From Octopus sinensis (taxonomy: Eukaryota): 64,000 nt of DNA. The stretch lies in assembly GCF_006345805.1 (NCBI RefSeq), contig NC_043003.1:56172001-56236000 (forward strand), written 5' to 3'. The notes below the pieces were generated by a model, which made no database searches, was not told the origin of the DNA, and worked only from the letters and a program-made list of their open reading frames with translations. The position numbers and the translations under genes are program-made. This document shows positions 50,759 through 63,814 of this stretch, one piece after another (the first letter of the stretch is position 1; each line of letters begins with the position of its first letter).

Positions 50759-53700
50759 TATTGGCCCAGGCCATGTCTAACTTAATAGCATCACCTGGCG
50801 AAGTCTTTCAGTTCAGGATTTGGGCACCAAGGCTCATTCGAGCAGAGAGTTATTGTTTGCGGAGACATATCCGGGTGTGGGTGGTTTGTCCGGTACTGTT
50901 TGAAGGATTTGTCCAAAGACTTCTTGAATTTTGTGTGGTCAGTTTCTTTTTGACGTGCCCTGGTGTAATGTTGAAGAGAGCGGTCCAATTGAGGTGAAAT
51001 AGTTGTGCCGTATTGTCGTTATGTGATGCGATTTAGATTTTTGTTGTGGACGGATGGCACGTGGTCCTAGCCTTGGATGCATTTTGAAGGTGATACAACA
51101 TCATTCGGACAGTGCTGGTGGAATATTTTCCACATCATACAGATAATGTAGCGTTCACGGCGTCGTTGGAGTGAATACAATTTCAGCTTCTCTAGTCTAC
51201 CCCAGAGTAGTCAAGGTCTGACATGCCATCTATCTTTTTTGTGATTGACCTTTGGGGAGCTTCAATTCTCATAATAATTTTGTTTTGTGTATGGAGACCA
51301 CAGTGGACAGCAGTATTCAAGGTGGGGTCGGGCAAAATTGGAGAAGAGAAGATAATAGCGTGGGAATCTCTCGACTGGAAGGTTCTGAATCCAGGAACAC
51401 TTCTGCGGGCCATGTCAACTTTGCTGCTTATATTGTAGCCCAGCTTATGTTGTTGTCCACTGTTACTCCCAGGTCTCTGATGTTGTTGGATGCCATGAGA
51501 ATTTCTCCAGAAGGAAGAGAGAGTATGGGAGTTTCAGAGTGTCCTCTCTTCCAAAGTGGATCAGTTCAAATTTGTCTTCATTTAGCAACATGTTATTCTT
51601 TTCCGCCCATTCGACAACAGCCAGTAGGTCTGACTGAAGGTTTATTCGGTCATCCACGCCATTGATGACCTTCTGGAGCTTGGAATCATCAGCGAAGGTT
51701 CTGATGTTACTGTGTTTGATGGTATCAGTAATATCATTTATGTAGATGATGAAGAGAAGTGGGCCCAACACAGTGCCTTGTGGGACACCACTGCTGACTT
51801 TGGCTGGGCTGGATTTGACTCCTTCGACTACACCTGTTGGGTTCTGTTAGACAGGAAGCACTTGATCCACTACAGCAGCTTTCCAGTGACACCAATTGGA
51901 CAGCTTTCTCAGAAGGATCTTATGATCAACCTGTCAAAGGCCTTGCTGAAATCAAGTAGATGACATCAGTGTTGGAACCTTCTCCCAAGGCTCTCAAAAT
52001 GTCATCAAAATGATGCAGTAGTTGCGTCAGGCAATCTCTCCCATTACGGAATCCATGCTGGTTGGGGTTCAGCATATTATGACTCTCAAGGAAGTGAGTC
52101 ATACGCGATCTCAGCACCCTCTCAAATACCTTGATGATATGAGAGGTGAGTGAGATTGGACGGTAATTCACGGCAAGCGATTTGTTTCCTTTTTTGAAAA
52201 CTGGGACAACAGACTGGGATAGAAGGTCTTCTGGTATATATCCAGCATCCAGGGAGTTCCGCCACAGATTGGCTAGAGGGGGTGCAAGTTGGTTTTGACA
52301 CATCTTCAAGACACAAGCGGGAACCTATCGGGACCTACTGCTGAATTATGCTTCATTTCCTTTATTGCTGCTAAGACATCAGGAGCGCCAAATGTTATGT
52401 CCGATAAAGTGTATTGGGGGGTAACATCACTGATAAAGCCCAGATCAGTCATATCAGGATTGCTGAAAACAGAGCAATATTGTTTCTGCAATATCTCCCC
52501 ATGGTTTTGGCATTGTCTTGAAGAGTACCATTTTCATCAATCAGAGGGCCAACAGTAGAACCAGTGACTCTGTGTTTTTTTGCAAATGAAAAGAACACTT
52601 TGGATTGAGTTTGATCTTCTCAATGGCCCAGGCCTCTTCAGCTCTTCGCTGACTATTGATGAGACATCATGTTGTTTTGGAGTTTATGTTTTTTAATCTC
52701 TAGCGACGAGATGGCAGTCAGGTTGGTGTGTTGCTGTTGACAGTATTTCAGCATGTTGATCTTTTGTTGATTCTTTTAATTTTCCTTATGAGAGATTTTC
52801 TATTCTAGGGATTCGACACTTAGATTTGTTTGCAGATCTTAATGGGGGGTGTCTTGCATATGTTCGTGATGGTGTCTACAAGTGACTGCCAGGACTTTTT
52901 GATGTTAGTGGCTGTGTATGTGTGCGTGAAGGACCAATCGACTTGTGCAAGATCATTATTGATCGCTTCCCAGTTTGCATTGTGGAAATCCATAGTGTCA
53001 AATGGATGAACAGGAGGGATGACATTTGTTTTGCATTTTGGCCAGTGAAATCTCAGATCACAGAGAACCATGTCATGGTCGGAGAGTAGGGTTTTCTCCA
53101 CTGCAATATTGTGGATAGTATCAGTGTGATTGCTGAAAATTAAGTCTAAGACGTTTTTGTGACATCTCGTTGGTTCGAGTACCAGTTGGGACAAGAAGAA
53201 GTCATCCATGAAGTCAAGAAGCGGTTCCACTGCCTCCCTGTCAGGGGTTGAGAGAGAAGAACCTGGCGGCAGACTGTTTGTAGATCAGTCAACCCCGGGA
53301 AGGTTGAAGTCTCCCATCATTAAAATGTTGTCAGGTTGACACTACTGAATGAAACACTTTATGCTGTTGAGGCATTCCTTGAAGCATGGTAGGGGCGTTT
53401 GGGGTGGTCTGTAGAGCCCAACTACTGTTAAGTTGTTGGTTTGACTGAATTCAGCGACTGCTTCGCAGTATCCATTGGAAAATGTTTTCATGGCTTCTGT
53501 TGAGAATGAATCATGGACATAAATGGCAGTCCCACCCTTTCTTCTGCCAGCACGATCAGCACGAATGGTTTTGAAATTTTTAACTTTCACCTCGGCTTCC
53601 AAGTGGAAGTCACTAAGATGGGTTTCAGTGAGGACGAAGAAAGGGATGTGGTTTGGATGGGCCTCGACCCAGTCCTCCAGGAATCTTATCTTCCATTTTT

Positions 53701-53810
53701 GTGTATTGGTGGAAGGGCTGATGCCTTGGGCATTAAGTAGAAATGTTGAGGCGAGAGTGGATGGTTTTAATTGTTTTGGTGATTTGTTTATTTGATTGCT
53801 TTTTAATGGC
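50759..53810 (-). mobile_element. CR1-like LINE family A, near-complete ORF2 (APE endonuclease + RT), frameshifted
   Basis: [58 protein letters not shown] then RT motifs; terminal tail missing. Confidence 0.95.
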
Positions 53811-53887
53811 ATATATATATATATATATATAATATATATAATATATATACATATATAATATATACATATATATACATATATATATAC

Positions 53888-53920
<33 letters not shown>

Positions 53921-53932
53921 CATATATATACA

Positions 53933-53974
<42 letters not shown>

Positions 53975-54015
53975 CATATATATACATATATATATAATAT
54001 ATATATTATATATAT

Positions 54016-54094
<79 letters not shown>

Positions 54095-54155
54095 ATATAT
54101 ACATATATATATATATACACACATATATATATATATATTATATATACATATATAT

Positions 54156-55718
54156 AAATCCTTAAATCCTTAAAAATGTTTTAGCCCGAAGGCCGCGGCC
54201 ATGCTGGGGCACCACCGCTGAATGAGCTACACTAGTTTGTGAAACCACCTCTGATACGTGGCACTTGATCAACAAGGGAGTTCGATGCTGCTGCCCGCAT
54301 CCGTGTCTCCTGTCGTGAGGTAGGTTCATCTGGGACTCCCAACAAGAAGAGATCCAGTTTAGTTTTAAAGAAACCCACATCCACACCATGTAAGTCTCTC
54401 AGGCATTTAGGGAGGATGTTAAAGAGCTGTGGTCCTCTGAAACCCAAGCTGTTGCAGTATCTGGACCTGTATTTTGATGGTGATGTTGGAATCCTTGGCA
54501 CCACGCAGCGGCGCCCCGTTCTGCGGTTGGAGTAACTTTGAATGCCAAAGTTTGGGACAAGACCCTCCAGGATTTTCCAGATGTATATCACTGCATATCT
54601 CTCCCGCCTCCGCTCCAGGGAGAAGTGGTTTAATACCTTCAGTCTTTCCCAGTAGCTGACATTTTGCATTGAGACGATTTTCTTTGTGTAGCTTCTCTGA
54701 GTTGCTTCGAGTTCTGCTGTTTGTTTTATATTGTGTGGTGACCAAAGTTGGGAGCAGTAGTCCAAGCGGCTGAGGACAAATGTTTTCCATAGGACCATCA
54801 GTGTCTCCTTCTCTCTTGTTCTGAAAGTTCGGAGAATCCATCCAGCTAGCCGTCTGCATTTTATCACCAGATTAGCAATATGCATTTGGAAAGATGCATC
54901 ATTGCTCATGTCAATGCCCAGGTCACGCACTGATTTTGACTCAGGGATTGCAATTCTTCCTGGGCCAGTGTATCCAGTCTTCACGTCATTTACCTTTGTG
55001 TGCCAGTAGCGCAGGGCCTGGAACTTACCTGCATTAAACTGCATGTTGTTGTCCTCAGCCCACCTGTATATTGTGTCCAGCTCATGCTGCAGATGCGCAA
55101 TATTTTCAGGGTTTTGTATTGCGTGGGAGACTTTTGTGTCATCTGCATAGCTAGCAAGGGTGGTCATCGTAGCAACTGAAGGCATGTCTGAAAGGGCCAC
55201 CATGAACATCAGTGGCCCCAAGACAGTGCCCTGTGGGACACCGCTTGTTATTTGCGTTTCCCTGGAGGTGGCTCCATTGCTCACAACTGCCTGTTTTCTG
55301 TCTTTTAGGAAGTTGTGCAGCCACTCTCCAAGTTTCCCGCCTATGCCGAGACCACGCAGTTTGTGACAGATCATACCATGGTCGACTTTATCAAAGGCTT
55401 TTGCAAAGTCAAGATATATTACATCCACATTTGAGCCATTTAGTAGCTGTTTCAACACCCAGTCATAGTGTTGCAGGAGCTGTGTTAGGCAGCCTCTACC
55501 TGGTCGAAATCCATGCTGGGTGTCAGACAGTAAGTCATTTTCTTCAAGGAACATGATTAGTTTCTTACGGACTATTCGTTCCATGACTTTGCTGATGTGT
55601 GAGGTCAGAGAGATAGGCCTATAATTTTTAGCATCTGCTCTGCTACCTCCCTTATGGATAGGGCATATTACCCCCTCTTTCAGTTTGACTGGGAGCTTAC
55701 CACTTGCAAGAAAGCAAG
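54156..55718 (-). mobile_element. Young 5'-truncated CR1-like LINE family B with uninterrupted RT frame and (TAAGGATT)n tail
   Basis: Open frame from ~55715 to 54232 with NYRPISL, QHGF, DFAKAFD, GVPQGTVLGP, YADD, SRLDYC, SLERRRERY; (TA)n on both sides. Confidence 0.96.
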
Positions 55719-55788
<70 letters not shown>

Positions 55789-55796
55789 CATATATA

Positions 55797-56146
55797 AGGG
55801 TAAGGGTAAAGACCCCCTTCGGTCAGGCACTGACCATGGGTTTGCACCTAGAGAGATACCCTCTGAGGCACAAGTCTGGGCAAGGTTGTTTTGTGGAAGA
55901 CCAGCAGTCGCCCATGCATACCGGCCTCCCCTCTCCACGTCACCGATGTTTTCCAAGGGAAAGGCAAGGGCCGATACAGCTTGGCACCTGTGACGTCGCA
56001 ACTCATTTCTACAGCTGAGTGAACTGGAGCAACGTGAAATAAAGTGCCTTGCTCAAGAACACAACACGCAGCCCCGTCCGGGATTCGAGCTCACAACCTC
56101 ACGATCGTAAGCTCGACGCTCTAACCACTGAGCCATGCGCCTTCAC
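55797..56146 (-). mobile_element. Full-length tRNA-derived SINE (third family) with (TACCCT)n tail
   Basis: A box tggctcagtggttagagcg, B box gagctcgaatcc, CORE/Nin-like gtgttcttgagcaaggcacttt; second copy at 59166-59487. Confidence 0.9.
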
Positions 56147-56157
56147 TATATATATAC

Positions 56158-56204
<47 letters not shown>

Positions 56205-56705
56205 CATATATATATACATATATACATACATATATATATATATGCATATATATACATATATATATATACATATATATATACATATATACATACATATATA
56301 CATATATACATATATACATACTATATATATACATATATATATATATACATACATATATATATATATATACATACATATATATATATATATACATACATAT
56401 ATATATACAATATATATACATATATATACATATATCATATATATATATATACATACATATATATATATACATATATATATATACATATACATATATATAT
56501 ATACATACATACATATATATATATATATCATATATATATATATATATACATATATTATATACATATATATATATATATACATATATATACATATATACAT
56601 ATATATATACATATATACATATATATATATACATATAATATACATATATATATATACATTATATATATACATATATATATACATAATATATACATATATA
56701 TATAC

Positions 56706-56742
<37 letters not shown>

Positions 56743-56859
56743 CATATATATACATTATATATATATTAACATATATATACATATATATACATATATACAT
56801 ATATATATATACCTATATATACATATATATATATACAATATATATATACATATATATAC

Positions 56860-56890
<31 letters not shown>

Positions 56891-56910
56891 CATATATATA
56901 TATTTATACA

Positions 56911-56944
<34 letters not shown>

Positions 56945-56965
56945 ATATATATATACATATATATA
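56147..56965. repeat. Long (TA)/(TACA) degenerate microsatellite
   Basis: Direct inspection; similar tracts at 45670-45995, 47946-48605, 50040-50653, 53811-54155 and 62075-62965. Confidence 0.98.
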
Positions 56966-57165
56966 TTGTGTGTCTGTGTGCTTCTATCGCCACCATCACT
57001 TGACAACCGATGTTATTATATTTACCTCTTCGTGACCTAGCCGTTCGACTAGAATATATACTAGGCTTACAAAGGATGTCCTGGGGCGATTTGTTCGACT
57101 AAAGGCGCTGCTCCAGCATGGACGCTGTCAAATGATTGAAACAAATCAAATGAATAAAAGATTGA
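56966..57165 (+). mobile_element. Composite SINE 3' half
   Basis: cacttgacaaccgatg...actaggcttacaaag..gtcctggggcgatttgttcgactaaaggcgctgctccagcatgg..gtcaaatgattgaaac. Confidence 0.8.
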
Positions 57166-57598
57166 AAGAACAGATATGATTCGGAACAATTAAAGATTCA
57201 GTACAGAATCGGATGCTAAGCATTAATTATTCGTTATATAAATGCTTCTCGTCCAGTTGTTTATTTGTTATACACTTGTAGTTCTTTGTCAATTATTTCA
57301 TTCCTAACTGTTATTTTAAACTCTATAATTTAGCTACGATACGCCATCCCGGAAATAGAACCAGAAGCTGCAGAAATTGTTGGTTAGAATTCTGAACGAT
57401 TAAATAAAATTTAGGAATAAGCGACAACAAATCTATTCGAGATCTAATAACACATTTGTAGAATATGAATTTGTAGAATTTCAATTCTGTGGTTCTTACT
57501 GTTGCTGTTCGTGCTGATAATGCCAATGCTGATAATGATGATACTGCTGGTGATATTCTTATTGGCATTGCTGTTAATGTTGTTATTTAATTACTGGA

Positions 57599-58626
57599 AG
57601 GCTGCGAGCTAGCAGATATGTTAGCACGCCGGGCGAAATGCTTTGCGGTATTTCGTCTGCCGTTACGTTGTGAGTTCAAATTCCGCTGAGGTCGACTTTG
57701 CCTTTCATCCTTTCGGGGTCGATAAAATAAGTACCACTTACGCACTGGGGTCGATGTAATCGACTTAATCCGTTTGTCTGTCCTTGTTTGTACCCTCTGT
57801 GTTTAGCCTCTTGTGTGTAGTATTTCATGTGTCTTTTTGTTCTGAGTTCAAATTCCGCCGAGGTCGACTTTGCCTTTCATCCTTTCGGTGTCGATAAAAT
57901 AAGTACCACTTACGCACTGGGGTCGATGTAATCGACTCAATCCGTTTGTCTGTCCTTGTTTGTACCCTCTGTGTTCAGCCTCTTGTGTGTAGTATTTCAT
58001 GTGTCTTTATTTTCTGAGTTCAAATTCCGCCGAGGTCGACTTTGCCTTTCATCCTTTCGGGGTCGATAAATTAAGTACCAGTTACGCACTGGGGTCAATG
58101 TAATCGACTTAATCCGTTTGTCTGTCTTTGTTCGTCCTTACTGTGCGTAGCCCCTTATGAGTAGTAAAGAAATAAGAAACGTTAGCACCCCGGGTGAAAT
58201 GCTTAGCGGTATTTCGTCAGTCTTTGCGTTCTGAGTTCAAATTCCGCCGAGGTCGACTTTGCCTTTCATCATTTCGGGGCCGATAAATTACGTACAAGTT
58301 GCGTACTGCGCTCTATCTTATCGACTGGGCCCCTCCCTCAAAATTTTGGGCCTTGTTCCTAGAGTAGAAAAAATTCAGGGAAGGTGGCGAATTGGCAGAA
58401 ACGTTCACTTAATCTATTTGTTTGTCTCCTTTGTGTTTAGCCCCTTCAGGGCAGTAAAGAAATAAGAAACGTTGTCATGCTTAGCGGTAATTCGTCTGTC
58501 TTTACGTTCTGAATTCAATTTCCTTTCAGGTTCGATAAATTAAGTACCAGTTTCGTACTGGAGTCGGTCTAATCGACTGATCCCCTTCCCCAAAATGTCA
58601 GGCCTTGCGGCTAGAGTAGGAAAGAT
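57599..58626 (+). mobile_element. Head-to-tail array of about five Meta-domain type SINE units
   Basis: tgagttcaaattcc recurs at 57671, 57843, 58015 (period 172) and 58232; a degenerate copy near 58510. Confidence 0.93.
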
Positions 58627-58874
58627 AATTTATTACTGGTAAGATTTATTAGAGCTATGATACATAGATTTTATAGCAGCTAAGGAGTAAGGTCTGTTTT
58701 AGACTGAGTATATGGGACGGAATACATATTTCCTCACATTCTTTCTCTTAAAAGAGATCGATGTTTAATTCGAGGTAGATTTAGCTGTTACTTCAAGTAT
58801 GACAATCAGTTGAAGCGAGGTTCCCTCGGTGGATTTTCTTCATAACCATGACAACGACAACCATCATATTCGTT

Positions 58875-59085
58875 TCAAATTTTGGCACAAGGCCAGCAAT
58901 TTCGTGGGGGTGGGGGAGCTAGTTGATTACATCAAACCCAGTGCTTAACTGGTGCTTATTTTAACAACGCCGAAAAGGTGAATAGCAAGTTCACCGTAGC
59001 GAAATACGAACTCAGAACGTAAAGATGGAGGAAATGCAGCTAAGTATTTTGTCCATCGTGCTAACCACTCTGCCAGCTCGCCGTT
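58875..59085 (-). mobile_element. Diverged Meta-domain type SINE (another copy at ~59655-59780)
   Basis: aattttggcacaaggccagcaatttcg...cccagtgcttaactggtgcttattt...gaactcagaacgtaaagatgg...ctctgccagctcgcc. Confidence 0.8.
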
Positions 59086-59165
59086 TTATAACAACCATCA
59101 TAGAGGTTTACAAGTTTGGTACAGAGGCAGGAATTTCAGGCGAGTGGGAAAGTCAATTACATTGA

Positions 59166-59487
59166 GATACCCTTTGGTCATGAATGACCATGGGATTGCA
59201 CCTGGAAAGTTACCCTCTCAGGGCAAGGTTGTTTATGGAAGGCCAGCAGTCGCCCATGCATACAAGTTTCCCCTCTCCACACCACTGATGTTATCCAAGG
59301 GAAAGGCAAAGGCTGATACAGCTTGGCACTAGTGATATCGCAACTCATTTCTGCAGCAGAGTTAACTGGAGAAACGTGAAATAAAGTGTCTTGCTCAAGA
59401 ACACAACACGCAGCCCGGTTCGGGAATCGAACTCACAACCTCACGATCGTAAGTCGACGCTCTAACCACTGAGCCATGTGCCTTCAC
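59166..59487 (-). mobile_element. Second copy of the 55797-56146 SINE family, with a small internal deletion
   Basis: Colinear match ending in ctctaaccactgagccatgtgccttcac. Confidence 0.9.
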
Positions 59488-62074
59488 CAGTATTAAATTT
59501 GTACTCGATTTTTTCGACGCGGAAAAGATGAAAGACAAAACGGGCCTCGATTGAATTTGAATTCAGAAGCATTTTGCCCGCGTGCTAACGATTCTGCCAA
59601 CTCATCACTATGAATGACAATCATCATAATGCCTGCTTGTAAGTAATAGTGATTTTAATTTTTGGTGCAATGCCAGCAATTTCCAGGCGGGGGGAGTAAA
59701 TCAATTACATTGACCCAAGTTCTTAACAGGTACTTATTTTATCGACCGTGAAAGGATTAAATGCAAAGACAACCTCGCCAGATGAGATCACTAAATAGTT
59801 TGGTCCAGCCTGTATCTCTTATTAGAAATTTTGCAAGGGATGGTGTATGAAGTCCGAGGAGAAATAATATGCTTCTACTAGCAAGTGGATTTGCCACTGT
59901 CTACAATGTTCGTTTTCTTACTACCAGCAAATAACTTTTTCAGCATACCTAGTCTCATCAAAGGGATACGCTGTCACAACCAATTTTGACGGCATATTTT
60001 AGAGTTAAATGTCACATCATGGTTGGAGATTTTTAGCGCATTAGAATTAATGGAGAACGTTAAGCATTCCTTAATAATACAAAATGTGAGCAAAGGGCTA
60101 ATCGCATTACTTTAGATAATTCATCTAAGTAGCGACGTACCGAATGGCATAAAATAAAATTTTCTAAATTTGCATTTTACCTGAGGAAAAAGAAAATAAA
60201 ATACAAATGTAATCATAAGATTTTGCAAAGAAAAGTGCACGTAATTACAAGAAATTAATAATAAATTTCACAGCATCTTAATTTAACGCTCTCACTTAAA
60301 CAGAAATTAGCTCTTTGTTAATGAGTAAGTTGACAGCTATAGATAGGTTTTGGTCTTATTAAAACTCATCCATGAAGCGTATATTTCACAAGTCCGTTAT
60401 TGAATGTACTTTTATTTTCAGCTGCAAATAAAAGAAAATTTACAAATGAAGTTGGCAAGTATAAATTTTCAAAAATACGAAAATTGATTTAAATGAAATA
60501 TTCAAAAATACCCATATCGTTAATATAGCTGTTAATATTGTTGCGTCTGTTATTGTTTAACCACAGTTCATCGGCAGGTGCAAGAGTCAATCATCAAATT
60601 TATTTTAACCGCCAACATTCTATCTTTTACAGCTTGGCAGGATTAAGGAATATGTATTTTTAACATTTAGAACAGTAGAATATGATGAAAGTACAATTGG
60701 CTGTCAATTCTAGCATTTCGTGTGACTACAAATTAACTCCCTCACTGGCCAGGTTCCATCGAATGCTCAGGATCCTTCGTTTGCTTGGTAATACTGGTAA
60801 GATTGATATGCTCTTTTCCTGGTTAGAGAGCTTCGAGACTCATGCATATATGAGATAAATAACGGCAAATTGCCAGCATTTATCAATTGTTTATAGAAAT
60901 CTATCTTTTATATTAACCTTTACTCAAAACCCTGTCTTTCGTTTATGACTTATGTTTCATGAACTGTTATTTCGGCGAAAACATGGTGCAACGTTCTTAG
61001 GACAAAATACTTATTTCTCTATAATTGTTGATAATTCATACAACAATAGTCAATAATCATAATCTTTTATTGCGATCTTTTATCCAGACGTTATTGAACC
61101 AAATGTCTCCAGTTACTGAAAGAACGAATCTATAACAGTTTATAAAGGCCATGCAACAATGACCCTTCGTTTCTATAGCTGACTGTTCTTTGAGATAAAA
61201 CATCCTTTGTTTATAAACATACATTATCTGAAAACTGTTCATTCTCTTTTATATTTATTCTATTTTATTTTCTTCTTATAACTCCCAATGGATTGTGCTT
61301 GGTGCAGATGGTAGAGATCCAATCAAGCAACAGTTACGAGATTTATTAAAGCATATTTTACAGTTCTGCAATTTTCGAATTCATATCAGTTCCAAATTGA
61401 CTTTTCATTTGGAGCCACAATATTCAAGGCGTCTGTGCATTACATCCTCGCGCAATTGGTTACAAGTGAAAGGTTAAAGAAATAAGCCGAATTAATGAAA
61501 ATATAGCAGAGTATCATAATGATGTATGACGTTAACGGGCCATTTCAAAAAAAAAAAAGAGAAGAAAAAGAAACACGTAGGAGAAAGTGTCTACATATGA
61601 CTTCTAGATTTGCTAGAAATAGCAGTAAAATCACTCACAAATTCCACTCAATGCTGAGGTCTCCAAAGTGCTATATCGTGAGTTTCAGGAAATATCAACC
61701 TAATAAGTGCCTCAAATTCTAACCGCGCTTTAACGAAAGAAGCCATCGTATAAGATGATGCCCCAGCATTGCCACAGTCAGTTCATTGAAAAAAGTAGAT
61801 AATAAAAGCTAAAACATGCATGGGTTTGGGAGGGGAGAAGCGGGCCATCACGATACAATACAAACAACATATAAATACACCTTTGATAATATAGTCCTTA
61901 TGAAAAAAATATGGTAGGATGTTTATATATTCCTCTGGCAAACTGTCTCCGTCCGAGGCGTTTAGCTGATACCAATAGTACGACATTCCATAATTGTCAA
62001 ACTTTGATGGTTGCTCCTTATTTTTTATATATTTATTTCCTTTGCACTCTTCATGTGTATTTCTGTTTGTGTGT

Positions 62075-62192
62075 GTATATATATGTGTATGTAAATATAT
62101 ACACGTACATATATATATATATGTACACATATAAACATATATATATATGCATACAAACATATATATACATATATATATATATGCATACATAC

Positions 62193-62231
<39 letters not shown>

Positions 62232-62238
62232 TACATAC

Positions 62239-62275
<37 letters not shown>

Positions 62276-62324
62276 TATACATATATATATGCATACATAC
62301 ATATATATACATATATATACATAC

Positions 62325-62355
<31 letters not shown>

Positions 62356-62965
62356 CATACATATATTAATATATATATATGCATACATACATATTACATA
62401 TATATATATATATATCTATATATATGCATACATACATATACATATATATATATATATATTATATAATACATATATATACATATATATATGCATACATACA
62501 TATATATACATATATATACATACATATACATATATGATATATATATATGTATACATACATATATAATATATATATATATGCATACATATATATATATACA
62601 TACATATATATATATATATATATACATGCATATATATATACAATATATACATACATATATATACATATGTACACATACATATATATATACATATATGTAT
62701 ACATACATATATATATACATATGTACACATACATATATATATATACATATATATATACATATATATATATGTATGTATAAATACATATATATATATACAT
62801 ATATATATACATATATATGTATACATACATACATATATATACATATATATATATGTATACATACATATATGTATACAGACACATATATATACAGACACAT
62901 ATATATACATACATATATATATACACATACATATATATATATATATATACATACATAAACACATA
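62075..62965. repeat. Long TA/TGCATACA degenerate microsatellite
   Basis: Direct inspection. Confidence 0.97.
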
Positions 62966-63665
62966 TATTGTGGAACGCTTTTTATTGACAACAAAAGAAA
63001 CAGAAGCATTTGCATATATGGTACATCAGCCAGTCCTAGGAAAAATAGAATAGGTATCATTTATTAAAGAAATTATCGGTGTGAGACGAGCGGACAGTTT
63101 TGGTAAGAGCTTATCAAAAAGAAGGAAATCTATATAGAAAATATTTTGAAGGGAAGATGAAGGGTTTAGAATTATAAATAAAATGTTTGAAGACCTATAG
63201 AAAAATATCTGAATATATGAATAAGTATTTAATATTATAAAGTCATAAAATTAGCGAGATTGAATGAGAAGAAATTTTGATAGAGAAGACAGTAGTGTAA
63301 TCTAAAGAAAATAATGATAGGATAGCAGTATGAGTAAGAAAAAATATATAAGTGTAAGTGATGGGGGAGCGAAAGGTAGTGCAAGAAGATATGTCAAAGG
63401 GCAAAGAGATGAGAGGAAATATAAAAAAAAGAAGAGTCTTGGATAAAATTAAAGTGATGCGGTAAATAAAAATCTAGAATTATGACAGTTATGAATTAAA
63501 TCAATAAAATGACTAATAAAAATGTAATAACAATAATGTAAAATAAGATGAAGTATGACAATATTGCAGAAACACACAGAAAAAGAAAATGTGTTGCTAC
63601 ACAAACATAAACACACACATATACACGCATACATACACACACATACATACACACACATATATATG

Positions 63666-63701
<36 letters not shown>

Positions 63702-63754
63702 ACATATATATATGTGTGTATGTATGTATATATATATATGTATATATATATATG

Positions 63755-63814
<60 letters not shown>

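Noticed and set aside
55797-55808. agggtaagggta resembling telomeric repeat
   Set aside because: The unit is TAAGGG (two copies) and forms the SINE 3' tail, not a TTAGGG array.
56040-56146. tRNA-like A/B boxes here and in other SINE heads
   Set aside because: They are continuous with SINE bodies present in multiple copies and lack a complete cloverleaf, so they are not tRNA genes.
60753-60796. Possible 44-nt micro-exon (cag|...|gtaaga) reading FHRMLRILRLLGNT, reminiscent of a channel S4 segment
   Set aside because: The acceptor is weak, there are no neighbouring exons in the window, and such short matches arise by chance; it needs spliced reads.
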